A stretch of 64,000 nucleotides of DNA from an uncultured Methanoregulaceae archaeon (GCA_963841015.1 CAWJAX010000003.1:64001-128000), one strand, 5' to 3'. Positions 11,205 to 21,768 are shown, counted from the first letter of the stretch. The notes: generated by a model from the sequence alone, not told the origin. Numbers and translations: made by a program.

Positions 11205-11561
11205 ATGTCAAAAGCTAAGAACACAACCGGCATGGCTCCGCTGCCACACTATATTATGCCGGATGCATCGGAACCTGAGTACGAGATAATCCTGGAACAA
11301 TTGCAGAATTATCGTAAATCTCTAATCGGCTCTTCATATTATTATATCAGAGCTGGTGATGAACGCAGTCATCTGTGCAGGATAGTTCATGGAGGCGGGA
11401 AGGTATTTTTCCATGAACTGGTTGATCACCATAAACATGGTATCAGTGATGAGGATATTGACGAGTCAGTGAAACATGATATCGGGACGTTCACCCTGCC
11501 GGGACTTCACCCTGTTTCACCGCATATTGAACAAAAGCTGCGTATCTTGTACGATATTTAA
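11205..11561 (+). CDS. hypothetical protein
   Basis: 118 aa ORF with upstream TATA-like element; no recognised motif. Confidence 0.65.
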   Translation: MSKAKNTTGMAPLPHYIMPDASEPEYEIILEQLQNYRKSLIGSSYYYIRAGDERSHLCRIVHGGGKVFFHELVDHHKHGISDEDIDESVKHDIGTFTLPGLHPVSPHIEQKLRILYDI

Positions 11562-11712
11562 TCTATTTTTTAAGAAGTATCATCAAAAAAAATTCATGAC
11601 AGAAATGTTTTTAAAAAAATCCCGGACGAATCTGCGGGAAATTTAGTTTATCAGGGAAATCACCCTCAACATTGACTTGCACTGAAGAAAGGTAGAGAAG
11701 GAGCGTAGGATT

Positions 11713-12228
11713 ATGGTGTTCCATCCTCATTCAAGAAACGGACCGTTGATGAAAGCTGCACAAATGGCACTGGTGACAGGCAATGTCAATTATGTCCTAA
11801 TATGGGTTCCGGAAGAATCTGAGAATACCCTCAAAAATCTATTGGAGAACACGTGCTGTGAACGCAGCGCCAGAAAAAATATGCAGAATCGTGCTATTGA
11901 CTGGTATTTCGATACCGTGAGCCGGTTTCACTCTGCCAACAAGGGGGCTTTGTATCCCTTCCATAAACACGGGGGACATGATGAGAGCCTGATTGCTGTA
12001 AAGGTGGAGAGAGCGATTGAGACCGGCAATTTCGAGGAAATAATCGGAATTATTCCAGATACCCATGCAGCAGATGTAAGGGAACGTTTTCACCATGTCA
12101 TGGACAAAAGTAACTTTGATCGAAATAATATTGCCGCTGGTCGTGCATATGTCTCAGCATTCATCGGCTTCCTCACGTACCTGCATACCATCCGCACATG
12201 TATTCCCGGAGAAGAAAATTACTCATAG
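11713..12228 (+). CDS. DUF6448-like protein
   Basis: GPLMKAAQMAL.TGNVN..LIWVP, WYFDTV.RFH and AGRAYV.AF motifs resemble DUF6448. Confidence 0.7.
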   Translation: MVFHPHSRNGPLMKAAQMALVTGNVNYVLIWVPEESENTLKNLLENTCCERSARKNMQNRAIDWYFDTVSRFHSANKGALYPFHKHGGHDESLIAVKVERAIETGNFEEIIGIIPDTHAADVRERFHHVMDKSNFDRNNIAAGRAYVSAFIGFLTYLHTIRTCIPGEENYS

Positions 12229-12269
12229 TAATTAAAAAATAACAAAAGATTGTATATTTTTTCCCAGCT

Positions 12270-12599
12270 TCAGGTTTCCATCTCGCCTGTGCGGATCCTT
12301 ATTGATTTTTCTATGGGCATAATGAATATTTTGCCATCACCAATTTTACCGGTCCGGGCCGCTTCCGTGATTGTTACAACAAGGTTATCGAGATCTGAAT
12401 CCCGTACTGCAATCTCCAGCTGAATTTTTGGCAGGAAATCAACGGTCATCTGACCGCCACGGTATTCGAGGGTGATCCCTTTCTGCTCGCCTCGTCCTTT
12501 GACCTCAGTGATGGTCATTCCAATGAATCCTTTGTCTTCAAGCGCCTTTTTTACGAACTCGAACCGTTCAGGTTTGATAATTGCTTTTACCATTTTCAT
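12270..12599 (-). CDS. glnK: P-II nitrogen regulatory protein
   Basis: KAIIKP, GRGEQKG, RTGKIGDGKIF and IRIRTGE motifs; downstream of amt. Confidence 0.96.
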   Translation of the reverse strand: MKMVKAIIKPERFEFVKKALEDKGFIGMTITEVKGRGEQKGITLEYRGGQMTVDFLPKIQLEIAVRDSDLDNLVVTITEAARTGKIGDGKIFIMPIEKSIRIRTGEMET

Positions 12600-12612
12600 A
12601 GTAATTCTCCGG

Positions 12613-13815
12613 TTAGCACCGCTCTCCATGCTGGGAGATATCAAGGCCGACATACTCTTCTTCTTCTGTTACCCGCAGGCCGATTGTTTTGTCAATGACA
12701 ACTGCAAGGACATAGGTAACAACGAACGCATAGATAAGCGCAGCAAACGCACCAATTGCATTCGCGATAAACTGGTTGACATTTCCTTCAATTAATCCTG
12801 ATGCACCGTTCACCGCTGCAACGGCAAAGATACCAGTTGCCAGTGCTCCCCAGAGGCCACCCATTCCATGAATTGCCCATGCATCAAGGCTTTCATCCAG
12901 GCCTTTGCGTATACGTAAGAGCAGCATCGCGTAACAGATCGAGCCACCAATGGCTCCTATGATAATTGCTCCCATGGGAGTCACATAGCCACAACCTGGT
13001 GTAATTGCAACAAGTCCGGCAATTGCTCCACTGACAAATCCAAGCGAGCTCGGTTTGCCGTGAAGCCAGCTGATGAGAAGCCATGCTAATCCTCCGGCAG
13101 CTGCTGCAATGTTAGTGGTGACAAAAGCCTGGGCTGCAAGACCATTTGCCCCAAGTGCACTGCCCGCGTTAAACCCGAACCAGCCAAACCAGAGGAGTGC
13201 AGCCCCAAGAATTGTCAGGGGAATATTATTCGGCTCCATTGCATACTTTCCAAAACCGACTCGTTTGCCGATGACGAGGGCGAGAGCTAGTGCGGCAAAC
13301 CCGGAACTGATATGCACGACAGTCCCTCCGGCAAAATCAAGGGCACCGAACTGGGCTGCCCATCCTCCGCCCCAGACCCAGTGGGCAAGGGGATCGTACA
13401 CAATGGTCGTCCAGAGAAGCCCGAATATCAGAAACGCACTGAATTTAATGCGCTCTGCAAATCCTGATGTTATAATTGCCACGGTCACCGCGGCAAAAAC
13501 AAGCTGGAATACCATGAACAATAATCCGGGAATTGCCGCGCTGTATGGCCCCGGCTCCATTCCCACATTGTTCAGTCCCATATACTCAAGGCTTCCTATG
13601 AACCCGCCAATATCGCTCCCGAATGCGAGTGAGTACCCGACCGTTACCCATTGGATACTCACCAGTGCGAGGGCGACGAACGACAGGGTAATCATTGAGA
13701 TTAAATTTTTCCTGCGTACCAGTCCGCCATAGAAGAAACCGACGCCCGGTGTCATGATCATGACAAGCGCGGTTGCGGCGAGAATCCATGCTGTTGCTCC
13801 TGTGTCTAAAGCCAT
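12613..13815 (-). CDS. amt: ammonium transporter
   Basis: [31 protein letters not shown] and GLD..QHGE motifs. Confidence 0.97.
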   Translation of the reverse strand: MALDTGATAWILAATALVMIMTPGVGFFYGGLVRRKNLISMITLSFVALALVSIQWVTVGYSLAFGSDIGGFIGSLEYMGLNNVGMEPGPYSAAIPGLLFMVFQLVFAAVTVAIITSGFAERIKFSAFLIFGLLWTTIVYDPLAHWVWGGGWAAQFGALDFAGGTVVHISSGFAALALALVIGKRVGFGKYAMEPNNIPLTILGAALLWFGWFGFNAGSALGANGLAAQAFVTTNIAAAAGGLAWLLISWLHGKPSSLGFVSGAIAGLVAITPGCGYVTPMGAIIIGAIGGSICYAMLLLRIRKGLDESLDAWAIHGMGGLWGALATGIFAVAAVNGASGLIEGNVNQFIANAIGAFAALIYAFVVTYVLAVVIDKTIGLRVTEEEEYVGLDISQHGERC

Positions 13816-13965
13816 TTCTTGTCTCCTTTAATTCATGTGATTTGCATGCAGAGGATCGTGTGAACGTTCCTGTTCTTTTTTTAATTCCTGCCGGATGAAA
13901 AGTCCGGTGGTTCTCACTTGTGATCCGCTGCTGCATTCAAACAACGTGCGAAACTCTCGCAGGAA

Positions 13966-13979
13966 GGAAGTTGCATTCC
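13966..13979. promoter_or_regulatory. NrpR-type operator GGAA-N6-TTCC
   Basis: GGAAGTTGCATTCC lies immediately downstream (minus strand) of an AT-rich TATA element at ~13981-13996 in front of amt1. Confidence 0.75.
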
Positions 13980-14110
13980 TATATTTATAAATTTATCTAT
14001 TGAGAAAAAAATCACCCATCTTCAGAACACAAAACAAATCCGGAGAAAAAAGAACGAAAAAAAGCTAGCGCGCATTGATGGACGGCTTTGAATAACACAC
14101 GGGTAGCCTG

Positions 14111-14439
14111 TCAGTGTTCCATCTCACCGGTCCTGACCCTGATAGCCGCATCAACCGGCAGGACAAAGATCTTACCATCACCGATCCTGCCGGTTCTTGC
14201 AGCACCAATGATTGTTGCGATAAGTTCGTCCACCTCCTTGTCCCGCACGATGATCTCTATCTGAATCTTAGGAAGCATGTCAACAATCATCGGCTTTCCC
14301 CGATATTCGAGGGTGATTCCTTTCTGCTCTCCCCGCCCCTGGACTTCTGTGGCAGTCATGGCAGTCACCCCTTTTTCCTCCAGAGCTTTTTTACGAGTTC
14401 AAACCGCTCCGGTTTAATGATAGCTTTTACCATTTTCAT
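14111..14439 (-). CDS. glnK: second P-II protein (frameshift near 14380)
   Basis: MKMVKAIIKPERFELVKK in one frame continues as GRGEQKG...GDGKIF...IRVRTGE in another. Confidence 0.9.
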
Positions 14440-14449
14440 AATGAAGACC

Positions 14450-15647
14450 TCAGACCCGCTCGCCATGCTGCGATATGTCCATCCCCACGTACTCTTCATC
14501 CGATGATACCCGTAGTCCCATGGTACGATCAATGATACTAGCGATAATATAGGTGATAACAAAGGAAAAGACAGAGAGCTGCGAGTGCGGAAATTCCATT
14601 TATCATAAACTGCTGCGTGTTGCCTTCAAACAGGCCTGAGACGCCGCAGACAGCCATTGCCGCGAAAGCGCCGGTGGCAATTGTCCCCCAGAGGCCCCCC
14701 ATGCCATGGATTGCCCATGCGTCAAGGCTCTCATCGAGTCCTTTTTTTATCCGGAATAACATTGCCCCATAGCAGATCAAGCCGGCAACGATACCAATCA
14801 GGATAGAAACCATTGGCGTAACATATCCGGCTGCGGGTGTAATTGCAACCATGCCGGCTATTGCCCCGCTCACCATGCCCAGCGAGCTGGGTTTTCCGTG
14901 ATACCAGCTGGCTCCCATCCACGCAAGTGTGCCTGCAGCCGCAGCGGCATTGGTATTTACAAATGCAATAACTGCTAATTCGTTCACTCCAAGTGCACTG
15001 CCCGCATTGAATCCGAACCAGCCGAACCAGAGCAGGGCAGCCCCAATCAGAGCCAGAGGAATATTGTAGGGTTCCATTGAATATTTTCCAAAGCCTGCCC
15101 GGCTCTTGATCACCAGGGCAATAGCAAGTGCAGAAAATCCTGAACAGATTTCAACTACTGTTCCTCCGGCAAAATCCAGAAGTCCCATCGATTGTGCCCA
15201 TCCCCCTCCCCATGCCCAGTGGGCAAGCGGGCAGTAGACAAATGTTGTCCAGAGAATCATGAATAAAATAAATGAGGAGAGCCTGACGCGTTCTGCTACA
15301 CCGGATGTAATGATGGTCAAGGTCACCGCTGCAAAGAAGAGCTGGAATACCATAAACCCAAGCGGAGGATATCCATTCTCACCTGAATCTGTTCCGACTC
15401 CGTTCAGGAATGCATAATCCAGGTTTCCGATAACTCCGCCAACATCAGGACCAAAAGCGAGTGAGTACCCAATCACCATCCAGAAAATACTGACAACCGC
15501 AAGCACGACGAAAGAAAGCGCGATCATCGATATTATATTCTTCCTGCGAACAAGCCCTGCATAGAATAAACCAACACCTGGTACCATAAGCATCACGAGT
15601 GCTGCAGACACCAAAATCCATACTGTTGTTGCTGAATCGAATGCCAT
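14450..15647 (-). CDS. amt: second ammonium transporter (indels near the 3' end)
   Basis: [31 protein letters not shown]; terminal [15 protein letters not shown] lies in a shifted frame. Confidence 0.92.
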
Positions 15648-15916
15648 TTTCCACCTTAGTGCGAGTGTTTAAGGAAAATGCAGATTACAGGAAAAGGGGC
15701 TTCAGAGAATCTCGCTGACCCTGCCATGTCGCGCAGAAAGAACCGCGTCGGGCTTTCACGATGCCGTACAAAGCACCTGCTTGGTGTTACGATAATAGAG
15801 CCATTTTTTACTGATCCAATTCCCGTTACCATGCATAATCCCGGATAAAAAGTCCGGTGATAACAGGCTGGATTGAGAAATTTCCGAAGTTTCCTTGCGA
15901 GAGGTGTTCGAAAAAA

Positions 15917-17254
15917 TTAATATGTTGCCAGGTAGCGATCCAGCTCCCACGGGTGTACTGCAAGACGGAATGAATCGGATTCCATCTGTGCAATGCTCGA
16001 AAGGTTTGTGACCACATGATCACCAAGGGTCTTGCAAAGTACCTCATCTTTCAGGAGTGCCGCATTGGACTCCATAAGGCTGCCGGGGAGCATATCAATA
16101 TGGAGTTTTTTGCGTGCTCTCTCATCGAGATGATAGATGTTCGTATTCGTGCTTTCAGGAGGCATAACCTTGTTTTTAATGCCGTCAAGTCCTGCTGCAA
16201 GCATGCAGGCAAAGGTGAGATACGGGTTGCACATCGGGTCCGGGCTGCGGAACTCAGCACGGGTGCTGTTGCCACGGGCTGCCGGTACGCGGACCAGAGC
16301 TGAACGGTTGGCTGCACTCCAGGAAATATAACAGGGGGCTTCGTAACCGGGAACAAGCCGTTTATAGGAGTTGATTGTCGGGTTCGCTACACGGGTGATT
16401 GCTTTTGCGTGCTTCAGGATTCCCCCGATGTAATACATTGCGGTGTCGGAGAGCTGATTCTCACCATTGGGATCGAAGAAAGCATTCTTACCATTCTTGG
16501 ACAGTGACCCATGCGTATGCATACCGCTGCCGTTGATGCCGGCAATAGGCTTTGCCATAAAGCTCGCATGCAGTCCGTACTGGAGAGCTATCGATTTGGT
16601 TGCAAACTTGAAGGTAATTACACGGTCTGCAGTGGTCAGGGCATCGCCATATTTGAAGTCAATCTCGTGCTGGCTGTCAGCAACTTCGTGGTGAGAGGCT
16701 TCAATTTCAAATCCCATATCGCTCAGTGCCAGCACAACATCACGCCGAACATCTTCGGCAGAGTCTGTCGGAGCAAGATCGAAGTAGGCACCATGGTCCT
16801 CGAACTCAGTAGTTGGTATGCCATCGTACATTTTAAACAGGAAAAATTCGAGTTCAGGTCCCGTATTAAAGGTGAACCCCATCTTTGCTGCATCAGCGAT
16901 GGCTTTGCGCAGGATAAACCGGGGATCCCCGTCGAACGGCTTATTACCGTAGGTCTGAACATCACAAATAAATCGTGCAACCTTTCCTTCCTGAGGTCTC
17001 CATGGAAGAACCGCGTATGTTGCCGGGTCCGGTTTCAGCATCATGTCGGACTCTTCAATCCGGGCAAATCCCTCGATGGAGGATCCATCGAACCAGATAC
17101 CCTCGGTCAGTGCTTTCTCTGCCTGAATAACCGGGATCGAGACGTTTTTCGGCTGACCCTGGATGTCAGTAAACTGCAGGCGGATAAATTTAATTTTGTC
17201 CGCCTCGATTTTCTTTAAAAGTTTTGTTACGTCTGCTGGCATATTGGAAGACAT
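15917..17254 (-). CDS. glnA: glutamine synthetase type I
   Basis: FDGSSI, HHEVA, NGSGMH, SYKRLVPGYEAP, NRSA, EFRSPD and NPYL motifs. Confidence 0.98.
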   Translation of the reverse strand: MSSNMPADVTKLLKKIEADKIKFIRLQFTDIQGQPKNVSIPVIQAEKALTEGIWFDGSSIEGFARIEESDMMLKPDPATYAVLPWRPQEGKVARFICDVQTYGNKPFDGDPRFILRKAIADAAKMGFTFNTGPELEFFLFKMYDGIPTTEFEDHGAYFDLAPTDSAEDVRRDVVLALSDMGFEIEASHHEVADSQHEIDFKYGDALTTADRVITFKFATKSIALQYGLHASFMAKPIAGINGSGMHTHGSLSKNGKNAFFDPNGENQLSDTAMYYIGGILKHAKAITRVANPTINSYKRLVPGYEAPCYISWSAANRSALVRVPAARGNSTRAEFRSPDPMCNPYLTFACMLAAGLDGIKNKVMPPESTNTNIYHLDERARKKLHIDMLPGSLMESNAALLKDEVLCKTLGDHVVTNLSSIAQMESDSFRLAVHPWELDRYLATY

Positions 17255-17295
17255 GTTCCACCCATTTGTATTTATACTTATTCAACCAATCTGAT

Positions 17296-17332
17296 TGAAC
17301 GAATGTTCATTAAGGAATGAACATATGTTCAT
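17296..17332. promoter_or_regulatory. tandem palindromes TGAAC-N4-GTTCA in divergent glnA/glt promoter
   Basis: TGAACGAATGTTCA (17296-17309) and ATGAACATATGTTCAT (17317-17332). Confidence 0.6.
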
Positions 17333-17362
17333 CATTACAAGATCATTCTATATTGTGATAAT

Positions 17363-18415
17363 ATGTGTGGTATTATAGGAGTTCTGGACAAGCACCGTAA
17401 AAGTCTGGATGGTGCCAAAATAAAAGAAGCACTCTCCATGATGAATGAACGGGGGAGTGGTGAGGGCGCAGGTTACGTGGCATACGGAATTTATCCTGAA
17501 TATAAGGATTATTTCGCGTTGCATGTTTTTTTTGATAATATCCGTGAAAACAAGGCCTCACTTGATACTGTCCTTGAGAAATGGGGAACTATCGTCCATG
17601 ATGAACAGATCAAAACGTATGAGCAGCCCAATATACGGAAAGTCCATACACCATGGCGTTATTTTTTCCGCCCGGACCGGAGCCTGATGCCGAAAAGTAC
17701 CACACCTGATGAAGACATTGTTACCCACCTTGTCATGAAAGTCAACGCGGAAAAGAATGGTGCTCTCATCTTTTCTTCCGGTAAAAATCTGGGCGTATTC
17801 AAAGCTGCCGGCTGGCCTGAGGATGTTGCAGATTTCTACCGGATCCAGGACTATAAAGGGTATCTCTGGCTTGCCCATAACCGGTACCCGACAAATACCC
17901 CTGGCTGGTGGGGCGGCGCACATCCTTTCAACCTCCTGAACTGGAGTGTAGTCCATAACGGTGAGATAACCTCCTATGGTACCAACCGGCGTTACATTGA
18001 AAGCTACGGGTATAAATGTACGATGTATACCGACACCGAAGTGGTTGCTTATCTTGTTGACTTGTTGATACGAAAACACGGGCTCTCTGAAAAGATGGCG
18101 GTGCGGGCGCTTGCACCACCTTTCTGGGAGGAAATTGACCGGATGCCGGCAAAGGAGCAGGAACTCAACAGGGCAATTCGTCTTGCGTATGGATCCGCCC
18201 TCATGAATGGTCCTTTTGCAATCTGTGTAGCAAACGAAAACACGCTGGTTGGCTTTACCGACCGCATCAAGCTGCGCCCGCTTGTTTCCGGAGAATATGG
18301 AGACCGGCTGTATATCTCCAGCGAGGAAGCAGCAATCCGGAGGATGGAACCGGATGTTGATAGTATCACAATGCCAAAAGCCGGTGAACCTGTCATCGGG
18401 AGGGTTATTGCATGA
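17363..18415 (+). CDS. glutamate synthase amidotransferase subunit (class II GATase, GltB1-like)
   Basis: N-terminal MCGIIG, AHNRYPTNT, AHPF, HNGEI, TDTE and DRIKLRP motifs. Confidence 0.93.
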   Translation: MCGIIGVLDKHRKSLDGAKIKEALSMMNERGSGEGAGYVAYGIYPEYKDYFALHVFFDNIRENKASLDTVLEKWGTIVHDEQIKTYEQPNIRKVHTPWRYFFRPDRSLMPKSTTPDEDIVTHLVMKVNAEKNGALIFSSGKNLGVFKAAGWPEDVADFYRIQDYKGYLWLAHNRYPTNTPGWWGGAHPFNLLNWSVVHNGEITSYGTNRRYIESYGYKCTMYTDTEVVAYLVDLLIRKHGLSEKMAVRALAPPFWEEIDRMPAKEQELNRAIRLAYGSALMNGPFAICVANENTLVGFTDRIKLRPLVSGEYGDRLYISSEEAAIRRMEPDVDSITMPKAGEPVIGRVIA

Positions 18416-19923
18416 CAATAGGCAGCATCCCTCTTCGCTATAAAGTTGATATCGACCCCGACCAGTGCATGCTCTGCGGGCGCTGTGTTGATAATTGCTC
18501 CTATGGCGTGTTCCGAAATGATGGTGATGCAATCCGGGTGAACTCCCGCAATTGTGTCGCCTGCCACCGCTGCACTGCATTCTGTCCGCGGGATGCTATC
18601 AGTATCTATGAGAAACCCACGGATTATCGGAGTCACCCTGTCTGGACGCGTGAAGTTCGTGAGAACATATTTAACCAGGCGAAGACCGGAAAGATTATCC
18701 TTGCGGGTATGGGTAATGCACTTCCCTACCCTATTATTTTTGACCGCCTCGTACTGGATGCCTGCCAGGTAACAAATCCAAGCATCGACCCACTCCGTGA
18801 ACCCATGGAGCTTCGGACGTATCTTGGGAAAAAGCCCTCATCGTTATCCATTAAAGAAGTCGCAAATGGTGATGTAGAGCTTTTAACAAAACTTTCCCCA
18901 AATCTCCAGATCGAGACCCCGATCATGATCGGGCACATGAGCTATGGTGCAATCAGCTTAAATGCGCAGACCGCGCTGGCAAAAGCGGTAAGCCGTATCG
19001 GGACTTTCATGGGGACGGGTGAAGGCGGACTCCACGAATCACTCTATCCGTACCAGAAAAATATGATTGTCCAGGTTGCAAGCGGGCGATTCGGTGTGGA
19101 TATCAACTATCTCGAACGTGGTGCTGCGATTGAGATCAAGATCGGGCAGGGTGCAAAACCAGGTATCGGCGGGCACCTGCCCGGTGAAAAAGTCTGTGCC
19201 GATGTGTCGTGCACACGCATGATCCCGGAAGGAAGCGATGCGATTAGCCCTGCACCCCATCACGACATTTATAGTATCGAAGATCTCAAGCAGCTCGTAC
19301 GAGGGTTAAAAGAAGCGACCGAATGGAAGAAACCTGTCTTTGTGAAGATCGCCGCAGTACACAACTCGGCTGCAATTGCAGCGGGAATCGCGCGTTCTTC
19401 TGCAGATGCTGTAGTGATTGATGGATTTCGCGGTGGTACCGGTGCTGCTCCACGGGTGTTTCGGGATCATGTCGGGATCCCCATAGAAGCAGCAGTTGCG
19501 AGCGTGGACGCTAAACTTCGCCAGCAGGGAATCAGAAACAAAGTTTCCATTATCGCAAGTGGCGGGATTCGCGAAAGTGCCGATGTGGCAAAAATCATCT
19601 GTCTTGGTGCAGATGCTGTATATATTGGTACTTCCGCTTTAGTTGCGATGGGTTGCCGCGTATGCGGCACCTGCTACCGGGGGCAGTGCGCATGGGGTAT
19701 CGCCACCCAGAAACCAGAACTCACCAAAAGGCTTGATCCCGATATTGAATCTGTGCAGGTCGAGAACCTGATTCATGGCTGGACTCTCGAACTCGCTGAG
19801 CTGATGGGTGCTGCGGGTATCAACAGTATTGAGAGCCTGAGGGGCAATCGCGACAGGCTCCGGGGTTATATGCTGGATGAAGGACTCTTGAACGTTCTTG
19901 ATGTGAAAACGGTGGGGGCGTAA
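18412..19923 (+). CDS. glutamate synthase FMN subunit with ferredoxin N-terminus (GltB2-like)
   Basis: MSYGAIS, QVASGRFGV, EIKIGQGAKPGIGGHLPG, SPAPHHDIYSIEDL and [3Fe-4S] Cys motif. Confidence 0.95.
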   Translation: MTIGSIPLRYKVDIDPDQCMLCGRCVDNCSYGVFRNDGDAIRVNSRNCVACHRCTAFCPRDAISIYEKPTDYRSHPVWTREVRENIFNQAKTGKIILAGMGNALPYPIIFDRLVLDACQVTNPSIDPLREPMELRTYLGKKPSSLSIKEVANGDVELLTKLSPNLQIETPIMIGHMSYGAISLNAQTALAKAVSRIGTFMGTGEGGLHESLYPYQKNMIVQVASGRFGVDINYLERGAAIEIKIGQGAKPGIGGHLPGEKVCADVSCTRMIPEGSDAISPAPHHDIYSIEDLKQLVRGLKEATEWKKPVFVKIAAVHNSAAIAAGIARSSADAVVIDGFRGGTGAAPRVFRDHVGIPIEAAVASVDAKLRQQGIRNKVSIIASGGIRESADVAKIICLGADAVYIGTSALVAMGCRVCGTCYRGQCAWGIATQKPELTKRLDPDIESVQVENLIHGWTLELAELMGAAGINSIESLRGNRDRLRGYMLDEGLLNVLDVKTVGA

Positions 19924-20669
19924 TGACGACACCTGTCAGGATTGATGCAAAATATCTCCATTACACACACCTCAACCAGCAAATCCGGGCTGCGATTACT
20001 TCAGGGGCAAAAGAGATCGTGATAGATAATGTTCTCGGGCAGCGATTCATTGGAGATGGGATCCGGGGTGAAGGAGTTACGCTCACGGTCAACGGAGTTC
20101 CTGGCGGGGATCTTGCCATGTTCATGAGCGGCCCGACAATCATCGTTCATGGGAATGCTGACCATGCACCGGGAAATACCATGGATATGGGAAAGATCAT
20201 TATTCATGGGAGTGCCGGTGATGCAGTCGCTCACAGCATGCGTGGCGGCCGGGTGTACGTGAGGGATAATATCGGGTACCGTGGGGGTATCCACATGAAG
20301 CAGTACACAGATAAACGCCCGATCCTTGTTGTCGGAGGAGCAGCACGGGCATTTCTCGGTGAGTATATGGCAGGTGGTCTGCTGATAGTTCTTGGATTAA
20401 CCGGCACTCCTGCCATTGCAGAACGTGGCATTGGAAGCGGGATCCACGGTGGTGAAATCTATGTCCGGGGTATTGTCGACAAGAATAACCTCGGGGTGGG
20501 TGCACAACAAATGCCAGCGACAGAAGCGCAGAAGACGATGATCCAACCAATTATTGAGGATTTTGCACGAACGTTCGGTATTGATCCGACACCACTACGG
20601 ACCTCTGATTATTCGAGGATTTCTCCTGCAAGCGCACGACCATTTGCGAATAAATACACATGGGAGTGA
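19923..20669 (+). CDS. glutamate synthase GXGXG subunit (GltB3-like)
   Basis: Repeated GXGXG beta-helix, FLGEYMAGG. Confidence 0.9.
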   Translation: MTTPVRIDAKYLHYTHLNQQIRAAITSGAKEIVIDNVLGQRFIGDGIRGEGVTLTVNGVPGGDLAMFMSGPTIIVHGNADHAPGNTMDMGKIIIHGSAGDAVAHSMRGGRVYVRDNIGYRGGIHMKQYTDKRPILVVGGAARAFLGEYMAGGLLIVLGLTGTPAIAERGIGSGIHGGEIYVRGIVDKNNLGVGAQQMPATEAQKTMIQPIIEDFARTFGIDPTPLRTSDYSRISPASARPFANKYTWE

Positions 20670-21697
20670 TGGTAATGGCTGCAAAAAGTTATCTTGATTT
20701 GAAAAACGAGGTCTGGGACACAGGTAAATGCTCGGGATGCGGTGCATGTGTGGCGGTCTGCCCGGCGGATGCCATCTCATTTGATGAAGGAGGGATGGCA
20801 ATAAGCCCAAGAAGTAACGGGTACTGCAAACAGGCTAGCGATAATGTCAATTGCGGGGCATGTTATGCAGTATGCCCCCGGATCTGTAGCCAGCCAGCAG
20901 AAACACTCGGGAATTATCTCGAACTTATGAGTGCAAAGGCGACATTTGAAGTTCCCCACAAGCAAAGCGGGGGAGCCGTCTCGTCAATTCTTGCCAATGC
21001 TCTGGATGAGGGACTAATCGATGCGGTTGTGACGGTTACAGAGGATCGCTGGACCCTGAAACCTTCCTCTGTCGTGATCACGAAATCGGAGGTGCTTGTT
21101 CAGCAGGCAGGTAGCCGGTATAGCTGGTGGGTGCCACTCCTTGCTGCGCTTAAGTATGCTGCAATTGAGCACAAGTACAAACGGATTGCAGTCATCGGTG
21201 TTCCCTGTGCGGTCCAGGCAGTAGCACGAATGCGTGAAAGTGATAATGATCTTTTAAAACCGTACGGGAAAGCGATTCGCCTTGTAATCGGACTCTTCTG
21301 TACAGAAACATTCGATTACACTGCCCTTGTTGAGGGAAAACTCAAAAACCACTACAATCTCGAACCCCATGAAATTAAAAAACTCAATGTAAAAGGAAAA
21401 TTAGAGATCCTTAAGCATGATGGCAGCACCACGATTGTACCCCTCGCAGAACTGGAAACCTGCATCCGTAAAGGCTGCCATTTCTGTCCGGATCTGACTG
21501 CGCTATTTTCTGACATCTCTGCAGGTGCTATAGGAAGCGCCCCAGGATCGACAACACTTATTGTCCGCACGCTGACCGGTAAAGGGTTTGTTGACAATGC
21601 TGTACAGAACCGGAAACTGGCTGTCACGCAGGGTATTGATACAGCAGCCATTGAGAAACTGGCTTTAGCAAAAATAAAGAAAAATTCAAAAAAGTAA
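20660..21697 (+). CDS. coenzyme F420 hydrogenase/dehydrogenase beta subunit family (FrhB-like)
   Basis: CSGCGACVAVCP, QSGGAV, GVPCAVQA, IGLFCTETF, GCHFCPD and DISAG motifs. Confidence 0.92.
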   Translation: MGVMVMAAKSYLDLKNEVWDTGKCSGCGACVAVCPADAISFDEGGMAISPRSNGYCKQASDNVNCGACYAVCPRICSQPAETLGNYLELMSAKATFEVPHKQSGGAVSSILANALDEGLIDAVVTVTEDRWTLKPSSVVITKSEVLVQQAGSRYSWWVPLLAALKYAAIEHKYKRIAVIGVPCAVQAVARMRESDNDLLKPYGKAIRLVIGLFCTETFDYTALVEGKLKNHYNLEPHEIKKLNVKGKLEILKHDGSTTIVPLAELETCIRKGCHFCPDLTALFSDISAGAIGSAPGSTTLIVRTLTGKGFVDNAVQNRKLAVTQGIDTAAIEKLALAKIKKNSKK

Positions 21698-21768
21698 TCT
21701 TTAATCCCCCCATTCCTGCCCATGTACAGAAGGGTATTACTCCAAAGAGTAAATAGTGGATATCTGTT

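Noticed and set aside
17296-17332. Firmicute LexA box (GAAC-N4-GTTC)
   Set aside because: Archaeal host, nitrogen-gene context and no lexA in the window; kept only as an unknown or NrpR-like operator
13073-18636. Long antisense ORFs (13073-13732, 16511-17218, 17558-18580, 18049-18636)
   Set aside because: Shadows of well-supported amt, glnA and glt genes on the opposite strand
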